Shown: piece after piece, positions 28,501 to 40,897 of the stretch
How the letters are laid out: every line of letters begins with the position of its first letter
Numbering within the stretch: the first letter of the stretch is position 1
Program-made: the position numbers and the translations under genes
Origin: Eledone cirrhosa
Lineage: Eukaryota
Reading direction: 5' to 3'
DNA length: 64,000 bases
Assembly (NCBI GenBank): GCA_964016885.1
Contig: OZ024752.1
Span: forward strand, 20,336,001-20,400,000
Notes under the pieces: model-generated
What the model was told of the DNA's origin: nothing
Databases searched by the model: none
Seen by the model: only the letters and a program-made list of their open reading frames with translations

Positions 28501-28727
28501 CCAAGCTCTAATGTGGCCGTGTAGGCAACACGGTAAAAACCTCGCAGACCCACACTGTAAATGTGGTTGGTGTTAGGAAGGGCATCCAACTGTAGAAAAC
28601 CTGCCAGACAGTCCTATGCGAGCAAGACAATCACTCTTGCCTCAAGTGGGACTACCCCCGTCCAAACCCATGCAAGCGTGGAACACGGACATTAAACGTT
28701 GATGATGATGATGATGATGATGATGAT
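25571..28727 (+). mobile_element. RTE-clade LINE, 5'-truncated, near-intact APE endonuclease-RT ORF
   Basis: APE motifs SAYAPQ, GDLNGHVG and SQHRL. RT motifs NYRGIKL, QFGF, DLEKAFD, GVHQGSVLSP, LYADD and YLG. One premature TGA at 27056-27058 and an apparent small in-frame deletion near 27225. 3'UTR and (GAT)n tail present. Confidence 0.96.
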
Positions 28728-28972
28728 ATATATATATATATATTACAAATATATATATTATATATATATATATTATATATAAATATATATTACATATATA
28801 TATATTATATATATATATATTATATATAAATATATATTACATATATATATATTATATATATATATATTATATATAAATATATATTACATATATATATATT
28901 ATATATATATATATTATATATATATATTATATATATATATATTATATATATATATATTATATATATATATAT

Positions 28973-29006
<34 letters not shown>

Positions 29007-29095
29007 TATATATATATATATTATATATATATTATATATATATATATATATTAATATATATATATATATATTATATATATATTATATATATATAT

Positions 29096-29582
29096 CACAC
29101 ACTTACACCTCTCCAAGACAATGTCACTGGACCGAGACCTTTGGCGGTACTCAGTAACAGAGAAGACCCGCTTTACCTAAATATATAGTAAAACCTACTC
29201 CAGCCAGTAGGCATCTCTAACAAAATACACCCCGTCCCACCACCCCCACCCCCACCCGATCCACACCATCCCGTTCTATGTAAAGTTATGTTGGTGCCGC
29301 GCCATCGAGGCCGAAACAAATGAGATCGTGTAGGTGTCACGACAAAAAAACACACAGTCCACGCTGTAATGTGGCCGTGTAGGCAACACGGTAAAAACCT
29401 CCCAGACCCACACTGTAAATGTGGTTGGTGTTAGGAAGGGCATCCAACTGTAGAAAACCTGCCAGACAGTCCTATGCGAGCAAGACAATCACTCTTGCCT
29501 CAAGTGGGACTACCCCCGTCCAAACCCATGCAAGCGTGGAACACGGACGTTAAACGTTGATGATGATGATGATGATGATGAT
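29096..29582 (+). mobile_element. 5'-truncated RTE copy (3' end)
   Basis: Near-identical to 28237-28727. Confidence 0.92.
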
Positions 29583-29723
29583 TAATATATATATATATAT
29601 TGTGTGCTACAATTGTTTTGCCGGCAGGTAGCTCGAGACATGATCACTGTGTGGATCTGGCTGATTCTACGGCTGCAGGTTCCTTCGGACACGGGTAGTT
29701 CGTTCGGAGCAAATTTTCTCATG

Positions 29724-29759
<36 letters not shown>

Positions 29760-29765
29760 CATATA

Positions 29766-31069
29766 TGAAGGAGGATCAAAAAGTTTGCGGAATTTTATCG
29801 TAGTAAGAAAAAAATAGGTTAAAACAATATTAAACATGTCAGAACATTGTCACTGGGTGTTTACCTTGCTATTAGTCACTTGTAGTCAGTTATGTATGGA
29901 CTATTGTACAGTACTGACACTCTTTAAAAAACCTCTTTTTGGAACAATGGAAAATAGTTATTTTGAGATAAGATCGAATATCAAGTTTCTGGTGAAACTC
30001 AAATGGAACGGGACACAGATTATGGAGGCTTTAGTTAAAGTTTACAGTACTACTGCTCCAAAGAAAACTGCTGTCTACAAGTGGATTCAGCGATTCAAAC
30101 AAGGGAGAGACGACCTTGAAGACGACCATCGCAGTGGAAGACTAGGAAAATCAAAAAATGACCAAAACGTTGAGGCTGCTCAGACTTTAATTGAAGATCG
30201 AAGAATAACAGTTAATCAGTTAGCTAAGTCCCTAGACATTTCATATGGTTCGGCAAATTCAATTCTGCACGATAATTTGGGACTAAGCAAGCTTTCAGCG
30301 CGATGGGTCCCAAAAGCGTTGCGCCCTGATCAGCTGATTCTTCGAAGTGATCTGCCTTTGGCGATATTAAACAATATTGAAGTTGATGAAGAGCATTTCC
30401 TCACCAGAATCATCACCGGAGATGAAACCTGGATCTACCAGTATCATGCTGAATCCAAACAGCAGTCAAAACAGTGGCTTCCACGTGGATCATCGGAGCC
30501 AATCAAGTTCAAATCGCAAAAGTCGGATCAAAAAGTGATGGCCACCATTTTCTGGGATTCAGATGATACTAATAGATTATCTTGAAGGTCAAAGAACTGT
30601 GACAGGAGCTTACTATGCAAATGTTTTAAGGAAGCTGAGAGAGGCATTAGTCAAGAAACGAAAAGGGAAACTTCATGGTGGAATCTTGTTTGACCATGAC
30701 AATGCACCAGCACATTCTGCGTGGGTTGCAAAAGGAGTTCTTCGAGAATTTCGATGGGAAGTGCTTCCTCACTCGCCTTATAGTCCAGATTTAGCCCCAT
30801 CAAACTTTTTCCTCTTTCCAAAACTCAAAGAAATGCTAAAAGGAACCCGTTTTAGTGGTGTTGAAGAAGCTAAAAACACTGCCAACACATGGCTTCGAAC
30901 AGGGCCTTCAACTTTCTTTAGAGACGGCTTACGAAGCTGGAAGCATCGCCTTGTGAAGTGTATTGACCTGGATGGCAACTATGTAGAAAAATAAATTGAA
31001 GGTAAATCATATTTTTTGAAAAATAGAATATTTTCTGAAAAATTCTGCGAACTTTTTGATCCCCCCTCG
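29766..31069 (+). mobile_element. Full-length mariner transposon (irritans subfamily, Hsmar2-like)
   Basis: About 1.3 kb with TA TSDs and ~30-bp TIRs (tgaaggaggatcaaaaagtttgcggaatttt / aaaattctgcgaactttttgatcccccctcg). Confidence 0.93.
29947..30994 (+). pseudogene. Mariner transposase, frameshifted near 30565, third catalytic Asp changed to Asn
   Basis: MENSYFEIRSNIKF..., WVPKAL, TGDETW, HDNAPAH and YSPDLAPSN (D34N spacing), split over two overlapping ORFs. Confidence 0.93.
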
Positions 31070-31194
31070 TACATATGCATATATACATACATAATAAGTA
31101 CAGCTTAAGCTCATATTGCAACAGAAGCAATATACTGCTGGGACACAGTCTAAAGATATGTAAATAAAAAATAATTTGCTGATTAATAATACTA

Positions 31195-31382
31195 ATTGTA
31201 TCTATTTTTGGTACAAGGCCAGCAATTATTCTAGTGCATTACTGGTACTTTATTTTATCGACCCTGTAAGAATGAATGGCAAAGTTAACCTCGGTGGGAT
31301 TTGAACTCAGACCATAAAGGGGTGTAACTCTATGATGCAAAGCATGGTGTCCGACCCTCTACCAATACTGCCAATCCACCAT
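31195..31382 (-). mobile_element. SINE family A
   Basis: Reverse complement of the 3995-4185 type. Confidence 0.8.
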
Positions 31383-31949
31383 ACTAATAATACTTAGAAG
31401 GGTAAAACATTTGGAAAATATAAGACAATAATTGGTAAGAGTGCAGAAAGCAATGATAGGATGTTATAACTGGAGTTTATCTCTGCAGTCTAGTCAGCAA
31501 TGTTGAAGAAAGAGAAAGTTGTAATTAATAACAGACTGCTGTTTCTGGTGATGCCACCACCACCACCACTATCATCATCATCATCAATTTAAACGTCTAA
31601 CAGTATTTTATTTCACCTATCTATATCATATCCAACTGGGATCAACACTGCCATTTGGAAATAAAAGTACCAGTTATGTGCTCAGGTCATTTCAGTCCTC
31701 CCATATCTAAAATTAAAATAGGTGGCTTTGTTCCAAAGCTAAAAATTATCATCTTTATCATCATCATCATACTGCATATCTTAGTGCAACTCAGTGTTCT
31801 GACATATCTTGTGAATGAGTGTGTACGTTGGTGTGTATGTATGTATGTGTGAATGAGTTTACATTGTAGTAATAAGGCTAAATTAAAGCAACTGAAGACT
31901 CTAGGCTGTGTGTGTGTGCATTGTAGTGATAACAACAGGGCCTTATTAA

Positions 31950-32580
31950 CCCTTTAGTATTTAAACCAGCCATATCTGGCCTGAATTCGCTCACCTCATC
32001 CTGTTTAAACCGGATGCTCATACTGACTGACATTAAGGTATTGTTCTGAAAAAAAGATAACACCAAAATCTGGTAGATTCGATATTATGTGAGATATTAT
32101 GTAAGGTATTATGTGAGATATTATGTAAGATATTATGTGAGATATTATGTAAGATATTATGTGAGATATTATGTGAGATACTATGTGAGATATTATGTGA
32201 GATATTATGTAAGATATTATGTGAGATATTATGTGAGATACTATGCGATATATTATGTGAGATATGTGAGATATTATGTGAGATATGCGAGATATTATGT
32301 AAGATACTATGCGAGATATTATGTAAGATATTATGCGATATATTATGTGAGATACTATGTGAGATACTATGTGAGATATTATGTGAGATACTATGTGAGA
32401 TATTATGTGAGATACTATGTGAGATACTATGTGAGATACTATGTGAGATATTATGTGAGATATTATGTAAAATATTATGTGAGATATTATGTGAGATACT
32501 ATGTGAGATATTATGTAAGGTAAAGCCTTTACCACAAAAATACAATAGTATATATGTAGAGTAATGTAAATGCTAAAGGG
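31950..32580 (+). mobile_element. piggyBac-type MITE with internal 12-bp minisatellite expansion (about 32080-32520)
   Basis: TTAA-ccctttagtattta ... taaatgctaaaggg-TTAA enclosing (gatattatgtga)n. Confidence 0.88.
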
Positions 32581-32987
32581 TTAAAGCAACTAAGGGCCCT
32601 GGGTTAAAGAACATTTAGGACCAAGAAACTTAATGTAGGCCTAGACATGGAACAATGCTGAGATTCTAGCATCAATCTATGGTGACCCCTCAGAGATGAC
32701 ACCCAATGAAAAAGAAATATATCTAATCAATTAGTGTTGTAAATTTTGACAAAAATGTGTTACATAGGTATAGTTTAATATAGCCCAAGGCTGCAACTGC
32801 CTGTATGTAAACCTGGTACTGGATAGTAGCCTACTTAATTACTATTTCTTGTGTGTGTGTGGTGTGGAAATGTGTAATACCTGGGACATTGGTTACAATG
32901 TAGTACCAGTCAAATACTGGGATCGATTTAATAGACCACCCACCTCGCCCCCAAGTAGCTGGCCTTGTGCCTAACATTAGAGACCAT

Positions 32988-33165
32988 GGCAGTATCGGTA
33001 GAGGGTCGGACGCCTTGCTTTCCAACATAGTTACGTCCCTTTATGATCTGAGTTCAAATCCTGTCGAGGTTAACTTTGCCTTTCATCCTTTCGGGGTCGA
33101 TAAAATAAAGTACCAGTAATACACTGGGTAATTGCTGGCCTTGTGCCAAAAGTAGAAACAATTAT
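32988..33165 (+). mobile_element. SINE family A, preceded by a 3' fragment of another copy
   Basis: tggcagtatcggtagagggtcggacgcc...gagttcaaatcc...ggccttgtgccaaaagtagaaacaatta. Confidence 0.8.
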
Positions 33166-34343
33166 TTAGTTACATCCCTTTAGGTACAGAGATAAAATAC
33201 CAAGATCGACTTTGTCATCCTTCTGGGGTTGATAAAATAAGTACTAATCAAGGATTAGGGTCAATTTAGTTGCTGGGCTGTGGGGGTCCCCTTTCTCTAA
33301 AAATTGCCACTTTATACCTACATCAGTCATTGTGCTGCCACGACCACCACCACCAGCATCTTCATCATCATTAACTGGCTGGCCAACATTTGGGCTTGGT
33401 TTCTCTCTATGGAAGTGTGTCAAATAACACAACTGTTAACCAACTCTAAACAGTCAGCCTACCCTCCTCACCCCCTTCTCCTGCTTCCTCATCCAGTTGT
33501 CAACCAGTCACACAGCTGCACCAACATTTTAGAGATGCTTCAACTGCAGAATAGAGTAAAGTAAACTTTAGTTCTAGCTACAATGCCTATTTCTAGGAAA
33601 ACTGCCAGATAGAGTGAGCCAAGCCAAGAAGCTAAATGGTAATCTTCAAAGTAAGAACAATTATTTCTCTAACAAATACCTGATTAATTATTTTATTGTT
33701 AATTATATAACTTCAGATTGTGAAGGTGTGTGGCTGTGTAGTTGGGTATTCAGCTTATGATCATAATTTCCTAAGATTGATTCCCAGCAGTGCATTGTGT
33801 TCTTGAGCAAGACACTTTATTTCTTATTGCTCCAGTTCACTCAGCTGACAAAAATAGGTTGTACCTGTAATTCAAAGAACCAACCTGTCCACAATCTGTG
33901 TCATACTGAATCTCCCTGAGAACTACATTAAAGATACACATATTTGAATATAAGCACCCCCAAAAAATCTATGGTAAAAAAAAAAGGGGGGGGGGTTATA
34001 TTTGCCATAAAACATAATAGCTGCCTCAGCTTATAAACGGGGTTTGGAGTTTTGCCCATTTCTCAAACATAAAATATGGGGATCGGCTTATATTCAAGTA
34101 TATACGATCATTGGTTAGCTTGCAGGTCTAAGTTTAATTCCTCGTTTAGTCCAGTATTTTATCTAGAGTTTCCTAACTGTTTTGGATTTAAACTCTGGTT
34201 CTATATTCAGGCTGACTACAAGGGTTGGTATATAACAGTACTTTTCATGCCCAGGTATATCTAGAACTTCAACCAACGAAGTAGACTGAAGTAAAACAAA
34301 GTGATATCTACACGTAAAGGAAGCCAGGCCTTGAGTTTCTTGC

Positions 34344-34374
<31 letters not shown>

Positions 34375-35939
34375 CAACAAAGAGATCTAATGCTGAAATG
34401 GTTACAAACTCTGCAGGAAAGTTAGTGGTCAGCTGGAAATGGTCAATTATCAGAAGTCATTCTGGTGCCAAACATTAGATTAGATTAAATTCCCCAATAC
34501 CAGGACAAATGAGAGCTAATATATAACTTAGATGTTTGTGTTTTATTTTATCTTCTATGTAACAATAGATGAAGTAATAGGAAAACAAAACACGCACATG
34601 ATTTAACCACATCACAATGAATGATCGAGGTTTCTAAGTATAGTTATAACAGAGCAAACTGTTATCTTGTTTACAATAATGACAAGGTGTAACTTTGCAT
34701 AAAGTCAGTGACCTAATTGTAGAAAAGAATTTTTAACTATGTATACCGTTGATTATACAACAGCAAGAAATGAGAGTAGTGGAAGTAGTATTGGATTTTC
34801 AAATATTATTTTTTTTTACTTGGTATGTTTGAAAAAAGGGGCAGTGCCCATGGCTTCCACAGGCCTTCCAAAGACAGGAGGGATCGACGCAATTAATCCT
34901 CTGTTTAAATTGTTGCATGCCCATTCCTTTGGAAAAGACATGAGCAAGGAGGGAGTTCTCCACACTTCTATATATATAGTTGTCAACTTCCATATATATC
35001 ACATGTCCATACCAACTCATTCTTTCTCTTGCACACTAAATCTAATTCCTATTATATCTAGTTTTCCTTCCAGCTTGCTTATGTTACATTGTTCATGTCT
35101 ATTAACATTTCACAAAGCAGAGTATTTTATTAGAAGTATGGTAACAAAAGGGTTTAACTCTACCAAGCTGTATATTTTATTAGAAGTATGGTAACAAAAG
35201 GGTTAACATTCTCAAAACCACTCATCTACAATCACATTTCACACACTCTCTCTATCTGCTACCTATTGTACTGAACAATAAAGGGAGAAGTAAAAGGTTA
35301 CAACCAATAAGAGAGGGAGAGAGGGCAAGAAAGAGAGATAGGGGTACGAGTAGAAAATGTAGGAGAGACAAAAAATAAACAGTAGCCACTCAAGATTTCC
35401 TGTATGACTAGTGCTTGGCTGTTGAAATACAAAAAAATTTTATTATGCCCTACATTTTAAGTTATCAATTCAACACTGTCAGATTTTAATAACCCTACCT
35501 TGCTTTACGAGTGCATGTATATATGTGTGTGTGTACATATATATATATTCCTAATGATTTCATACAAATAAAACAGTTCTAGTCCTGTAGAAGTCATTTT
35601 TATATATAATAAAAATGCCTATATTTTACCAACGTATTGAGTACCTTCTTTAATTGTGGTTACCCACTGACACCCCTTGGGTATCTACACACACACACTC
35701 ACACACACACACGCACGTGTTAGAACAGCAAAATACCACTGAAGTGGTGTTGGCTAAAATATTACCTCGAAGGACTGAGATGAGCGGCTCGATGTGACTC
35801 GAAGGAAAGAAGAGAAGATAGGAAGGAGGAAATAGAATGAATGAGAAGAGGTCACAAACATGAAAATATGCTCTTCAGATCTCAACCTCTGCAGTTTCGA
35901 CGAATTAATGAGATTACTGCGAAGAAGAGGAGGTTCATC

Positions 35940-36408
35940 AGCATCATTTTACGTCCGCTTTTTCCGTTTGCAAGGGTGGGACGGGAATTGATTCTGGCTT
36001 GATTTCTACAGCTGGATGCCCTTCCTAACACCAACCCCATTTACAGTGAGTGCTGGGTGCTTTTTTTCCGTGGCACCTCCACGTCCACTTTACAGTGTGG
36101 GCTGGGTGCTTTTTTTCCGTGGCACCTCCACGTCCACTTTACAGTGTGGGCTGGGTGCTTTTTTTCCGTGGCACCTCCACTTTACAGTGTGGGCTGGGTG
36201 CTTTTTCACCGTGGCACCTCCACGTCCACTTTGCAGTGGAATGATAGGGAACCCAGTCCTTTCATCTCATTTCTACAGCTGAGTAAACTGGAGCAATGTG
36301 AAATAAAGTGTCTTGCTCAAGGAAACAACACATCACCCGGTCTGAGAATTGAACTCATAACCTTTCGATTGCAAGGCCAATGCTCTAACCACTAAGCCAT
36401 GTGCCTTC
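35940..36408 (-). mobile_element. Composite SINE family B with tandemly amplified tail module
   Basis: Same as 20832-21185, with four copies of the gctgggtgctttttt.ccgtggcacctccac module. Confidence 0.82.
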
Positions 36409-37299
36409 GTAACAGAGAAATAAATATCTTTGTTCATATAATGTTTGTGTTGGGACAGGTTAGAGAGAGAGAGAGAGAGAAAGATGGAGTGCATCTGATC
36501 GATTTTACCCAATGCCACTTTGACAGTATTTTGATGTTCTAACAGCTTCCATACACCGAGTTTTCCCATTTTCCTGAGAATACTAATACACTCGCATCTC
36601 AAAAATATTTTTTAGTTAATTTGTTTATATATATATACATATATAGTTAGAGAGAGAGAGATGCACACAGATGTGCACACAAGCACACACATTAGCACAG
36701 CTATACACCCACACTCACAACCACTCCCTAAATATATATATATATGTGTGTGTGTGTGTGTATAAAATACAATCAATTCATTCTAGAATTTTTCTGCAAT
36801 ATCCTATAAAGAAATTTAACATTTGGATGGACAGCGATGCCCCTGATGAGATACCCAGTTAACCGTGAGCCCTTTTGGCAATCAGTCTTGAACTAGTTGC
36901 TCAAATGCCAAAAGCTCAGCTCTCGGACCCCGACTCTTTATAATCTTTATATATATAAACAAAGTAATCTCATGTTGATTACCCATGTGTTAGGTCAATC
37001 AAATAATTGTTTCTACTTTTGGCACAAGGCCAGCAATTATCCAGTACATTACTGGTACTTTATTTTATCGACCCCGTAAGGATGAAAGGCAAAGTTAACC
37101 TTAGAAGTTGCATACTTTCACATCTTTTTATTTACAATGATTTTTTAAAATCTGGCCTGTAGTATATTGTCCTTTCTGTTCAATTTACTGATTCCAATGT
37201 GGGATCCACATGACAGAATGAAATGGAATGAAAATAAGCAGGCAGAATACATTCTAAATACACAATAATAATGGGGTTAAAGAGAGAAACACTTTTTAT

Positions 37300-37600
37300 G
37301 AATGAAATTTATAACCAGAAATTACTTTTTGTATATCTCTTGACTTACATGGTGTTAGCTTAAGTTGTTCTTTGAACAGAACTATCTTGATCACAGATAT
37401 GGCCATAGCCATCCAATGAGTTTGGTGGTAAACTCCTGGGACCAATGAGAACTGGAGAAATGGCCACCCACCAAGAAAGAGAAAGGAGAGCTTTATGAAC
37501 TTGGCATAGTCTTCTCGGGGATGATCTCCAGAAAGCAGTACAGTCAGTAAATATTCAACCTTCTCCTCCCTCTTTTGCTTGTGAAAGTCTTCCATGGGCT
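37300..37600 (-). pseudogene. Fragment of a DNA transposase (RDDY / PGAxHxARWM type, probably hAT-related)
   Basis: PREDYAKFIKLSFLFLGG...PGVYHQTHWMAMAISVIKIVLFKEQLKLT matches my recollection of the RDDY.E...L...FLG...PGA.H.ARWMAKAIY.LKI.LF motif. The superfamily assignment is inference. Confidence 0.65.
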
Positions 37601-38000
37601 CAAAGTACGAGGTAAATTTGTTGCAATAAACTTACCTCGTACTTTGAAATCTTTCTGACAAAATGCAATATTTAACGTATTGCTAGTGAATGGGCATAAT
37701 AATAATAATATTATTATGTGACCAGCACTATGTAGACTTATATTGTATTGAAACATATGTTAAAGAATGAATTTTTGATAAAATTCTTCACTTCCTTTCT
37801 ATACTTCATGCCTAGTGTTTGTTTTTCCTATACATTTAAAAATATTATTACTGCATGATCTTCCACCTGGATATTATAATCTGATCCCTCTTATTAGACT
37901 GTTATTGTAACCTACAAGGACATGTTGAGAAAAATACTTTGGTAAGCAATCTTACTTGTTTTATTTTTGTTTGTACACTTATCTACACAAACAAATTTTA

Positions 38001-38053
<53 letters not shown>

Positions 38054-38739
38054 CAGGCACAGTTGTGTAATTAAAAATTGGATTCACAACCACAGTTTCA
38101 GGTTCAATCTCATTACATGGTATTTTAGACAAGAATCTGGTCAACCAATGCCTTGTGAATAAATTTGGTAGATGAAAAGTGTGAAGAAGCCTGCCATAGG
38201 TGTGGGTCCATGTGTCTGTCGCCATGTGCATCTTCACATTTGACACAATTTAAGCAAGCAGTGATGTTTGTTTACGTCCCTAACAAACTGGAGCTCAGCA
38301 GTTTGAAGATCAGTAGTAATAACTACCATACTCAAAAATAGAATATGAGTTGATATATGAAAGGACATTCAGCAGTAGAATACTACCTCAAAAGTCTTTT
38401 CCAACCCATACCAACTTGGAAAAGCAGGCGTACAAATGATGATACATGTGTGTGTACATATTAAAGTCTAAAGTCTGCCTTGAGCCTGGAGGTTCATTAG
38501 GCCAGTGCTTATCCCAGTTTCTGTAACATTAAGTGACTGAGAGTACAAGACTTCCACCTGGACAGGATGCCAGCTATTACTGATATATCAGCTGAATATA
38601 CTGGAGCAATGTGAAATGAAGTGCTTTGCTCAAGAACATAAAACAATCCAGGCCAAGAATCAAACCCACAACATTATGATCATAAACCCAACAACCTTTT
38701 CAAATTCTGTTCGGCATTTAACATTTAATTTTCTCAATT

Positions 38740-39920
38740 TTCTTCATGCATTGTTTAATCAATACAACAAATCTACAGAGAGAGTTTTTTATAATCCAGT
38801 TAGAGTTTGCTCAACTTACTGCTGTCCCAGACTAAAAAAAACTATATTGTGTATGGTTTTCAAATTTCAGAGCTACAAATTCAGCATTAAAACAAAAGCC
38901 ACTTGGAAGAGCATGGAATGTTGAGACGTCAGAATATGTTAATGCTGTGAAACAATCCATCATGAAATCTCCCTAATGATCAGTCTATAAACATGTTTCC
39001 ACTTTGGGGTTGCTGGTTGAACAGGCAGGAAAATTTTACATTCCAGTCTTAAATTCCATCTGTATAAAATGTTGGTTGTACAGAGACCTAAATACAACTG
39101 GGAGTATTGAATGGCATGTTGTGAGGATATCCTTGAAAATGTTCCAGCAAATGCTGTTCTGTTGACAAATGATGAAGTTCACTTTTATTAATCAAGCTAT
39201 GTTAACAGGTGACAAAGTTCATTTTTGTTTTTTCAGGCTGTTAACAAGCAGAATTTTTATTACTGGGTGGTAAACAGTAAAGTGTCAGATTTAGCATTCA
39301 GACATCAGAAGGGAGGTAGATGAAAAAAGCCAAACTCACTATCTTCAATTTGGTATTCATGCCAAACTTTACCTATGGTCATGGATTTTGGGTAATGACT
39401 GAATGAATATGATTGCGAATACAAGCAACCAAAATGTGAATGGTCTTTGGAATAATGTTACTCAATAAGAGTGAGTAGCTCAGAGATCAAAGAGTCATTC
39501 CAGGTAGAGCTTCTCTGAATTGAAAGATCACAGCCCCGATATTACAGACATGTGGTTAGAATGTCTCAGGAAAGAATCGCTGTACAGATTTTAAAGGCAA
39601 AACTAACCAGCAGGAGACCCTGAGCAAGATGGTTGGATAACATCCATGAGCTCAGCTTGTCTTGCTTGGGGATCCAGCCAAATCAATTGGAGATGATTGC
39701 TTCTGACAGGACCCACTGGAAAGCATACTTGAGGACTCTGCCTCCATGACCCTCCCAGGAATAAATGGGCAAAAAAGAAGGGTGGAAAATAATTCTCATC
39801 AGCTTCATGAAAGGCCTCTACACAGTGAATATATCATTGTTTGGTGCACAGTTGCAGACTTTGGGTGTACGTGGCCGTTTACTTTTTTAAGGTGAAGGGT
39901 AAAAATAGTTACAGCCAAAA
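38740..39920 (+). pseudogene. Decayed Tc1/mariner-superfamily transposase interrupted by a LINE fragment
   Basis: Pieces LKFHLYKMLVVQ, LLTNDEVHF and VNKQNFYYW before the insertion, and HQLHERPLHSEYIIVWCTV after it. Confidence 0.7.
39279..39779 (+). mobile_element. 3' fragment of an older RTE-type LINE inserted in the transposase
   Basis: Decayed RP.ARWLDNIHEL...LGIQ...ASDRTHWK..LRTLPP C-terminus. Probable TSD gggtgg(t/a)aaa(c/t)a. Confidence 0.65.
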
Positions 39921-40164
39921 ATGACCTGTCAAGTGATGCATTAGATTTCAACTACAAATCTGTACTGAGACTGAAGGCCACCATCTGGATGTTCAAAACC
40001 AACTGAAAATAAATTGTATTGTATACACTTTTAGACAATGTAATACAATTTTGAATATCATTTACCATGGCTCTTTTGTTAACCTTTAAAATCAGAGAAG
40101 TTTCTTTACCACACATACAGATATTTATATATGTAATTATATACACATACATATGTGTATGTGT

Positions 40165-40198
<34 letters not shown>

Positions 40199-40574
40199 TG
40201 TTATTATACTTGGAGAGGGTCATATTTGTGTAATATTGCCAGAATTAATAACAGAACACACTCACTGTTTGGTTGGTTTTCGCTTTTCGCTTCTGTGTCT
40301 TTTATATCGGTAATCAAATTTATGCGGTCCTCAATGTTGCCATTGACTGACCAGCGGTCAAAAATAATACAGATACAATATAGACGCAAACACATATATA
40401 TAGTTTATCAAAGTTCTTTCGTTGCATATCTGCAACATCGTCAGTGGTGCTATTATGTTTCCTCCCGTTACATTGTATTTCTACGCCATCTTTATTTAGT
40501 TCATATAAAAAACCTCGCAAAACTAATTCATCGCCGTTATATATATATATATTATTATTATTATCATTATTATT

Positions 40575-40851
40575 ATTATGTAATAAACAACGCAATACAA
40601 TTATTCCATTACCCAAGGTTTCACGAAGGCAGGTGACCTCAACGGAGGCATCTGAAGTCGTTCACCAGAAGGAAAATTTAATATCTTAAATTTTCCTTCT
40701 GGTGAACGACTTCAGACGCCTCTGTTGAGGTCGCCTGCCTTCGTGAAACCTTGGGTAATGGAATAATTGTATTGCGTTGTTTATTACATAATTTAATAGC
40801 TCTGTACTATACATAGAGCACTCTTCTTTCCTTTACCTTTTCTACGGAAAT

Positions 40852-40856
<5 letters not shown>
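40575..40856. mobile_element. Fold-back element (107-bp arms, 4-nt loop, ~64-bp tail) with a hammerhead-like motif in each arm
   Basis: Arms 40575-40681 and 40686-40792 differ at three positions. The plus-strand motif at 40693-40763 is UUCCUU-CUGGUGA-ACGA...UCGU-GAAA-CCUUGGGUA^-AUGGAA. Confidence 0.85.

Positions 40857-40894
<38 letters not shown>

Positions 40895-40897
<3 letters not shown>

Noticed and set aside
30790-30810. SETMAR-like domesticated DDN transposase
   Set aside because: The copy is frameshifted, retains TIRs and has no SET domain; D to N is most simply a point mutation.
35860-35945. Minus-strand CUGAUGA followed by a hairpin
   Set aside because: CUGAUGA arises at the edge of a (GAT)n SINE tail, and no GAAA follows the stem.
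36838-36902. CUGAUGA...UGAACUAGUU motif
   Set aside because: The GAAA box is mutated and stems I and II are unconvincing.
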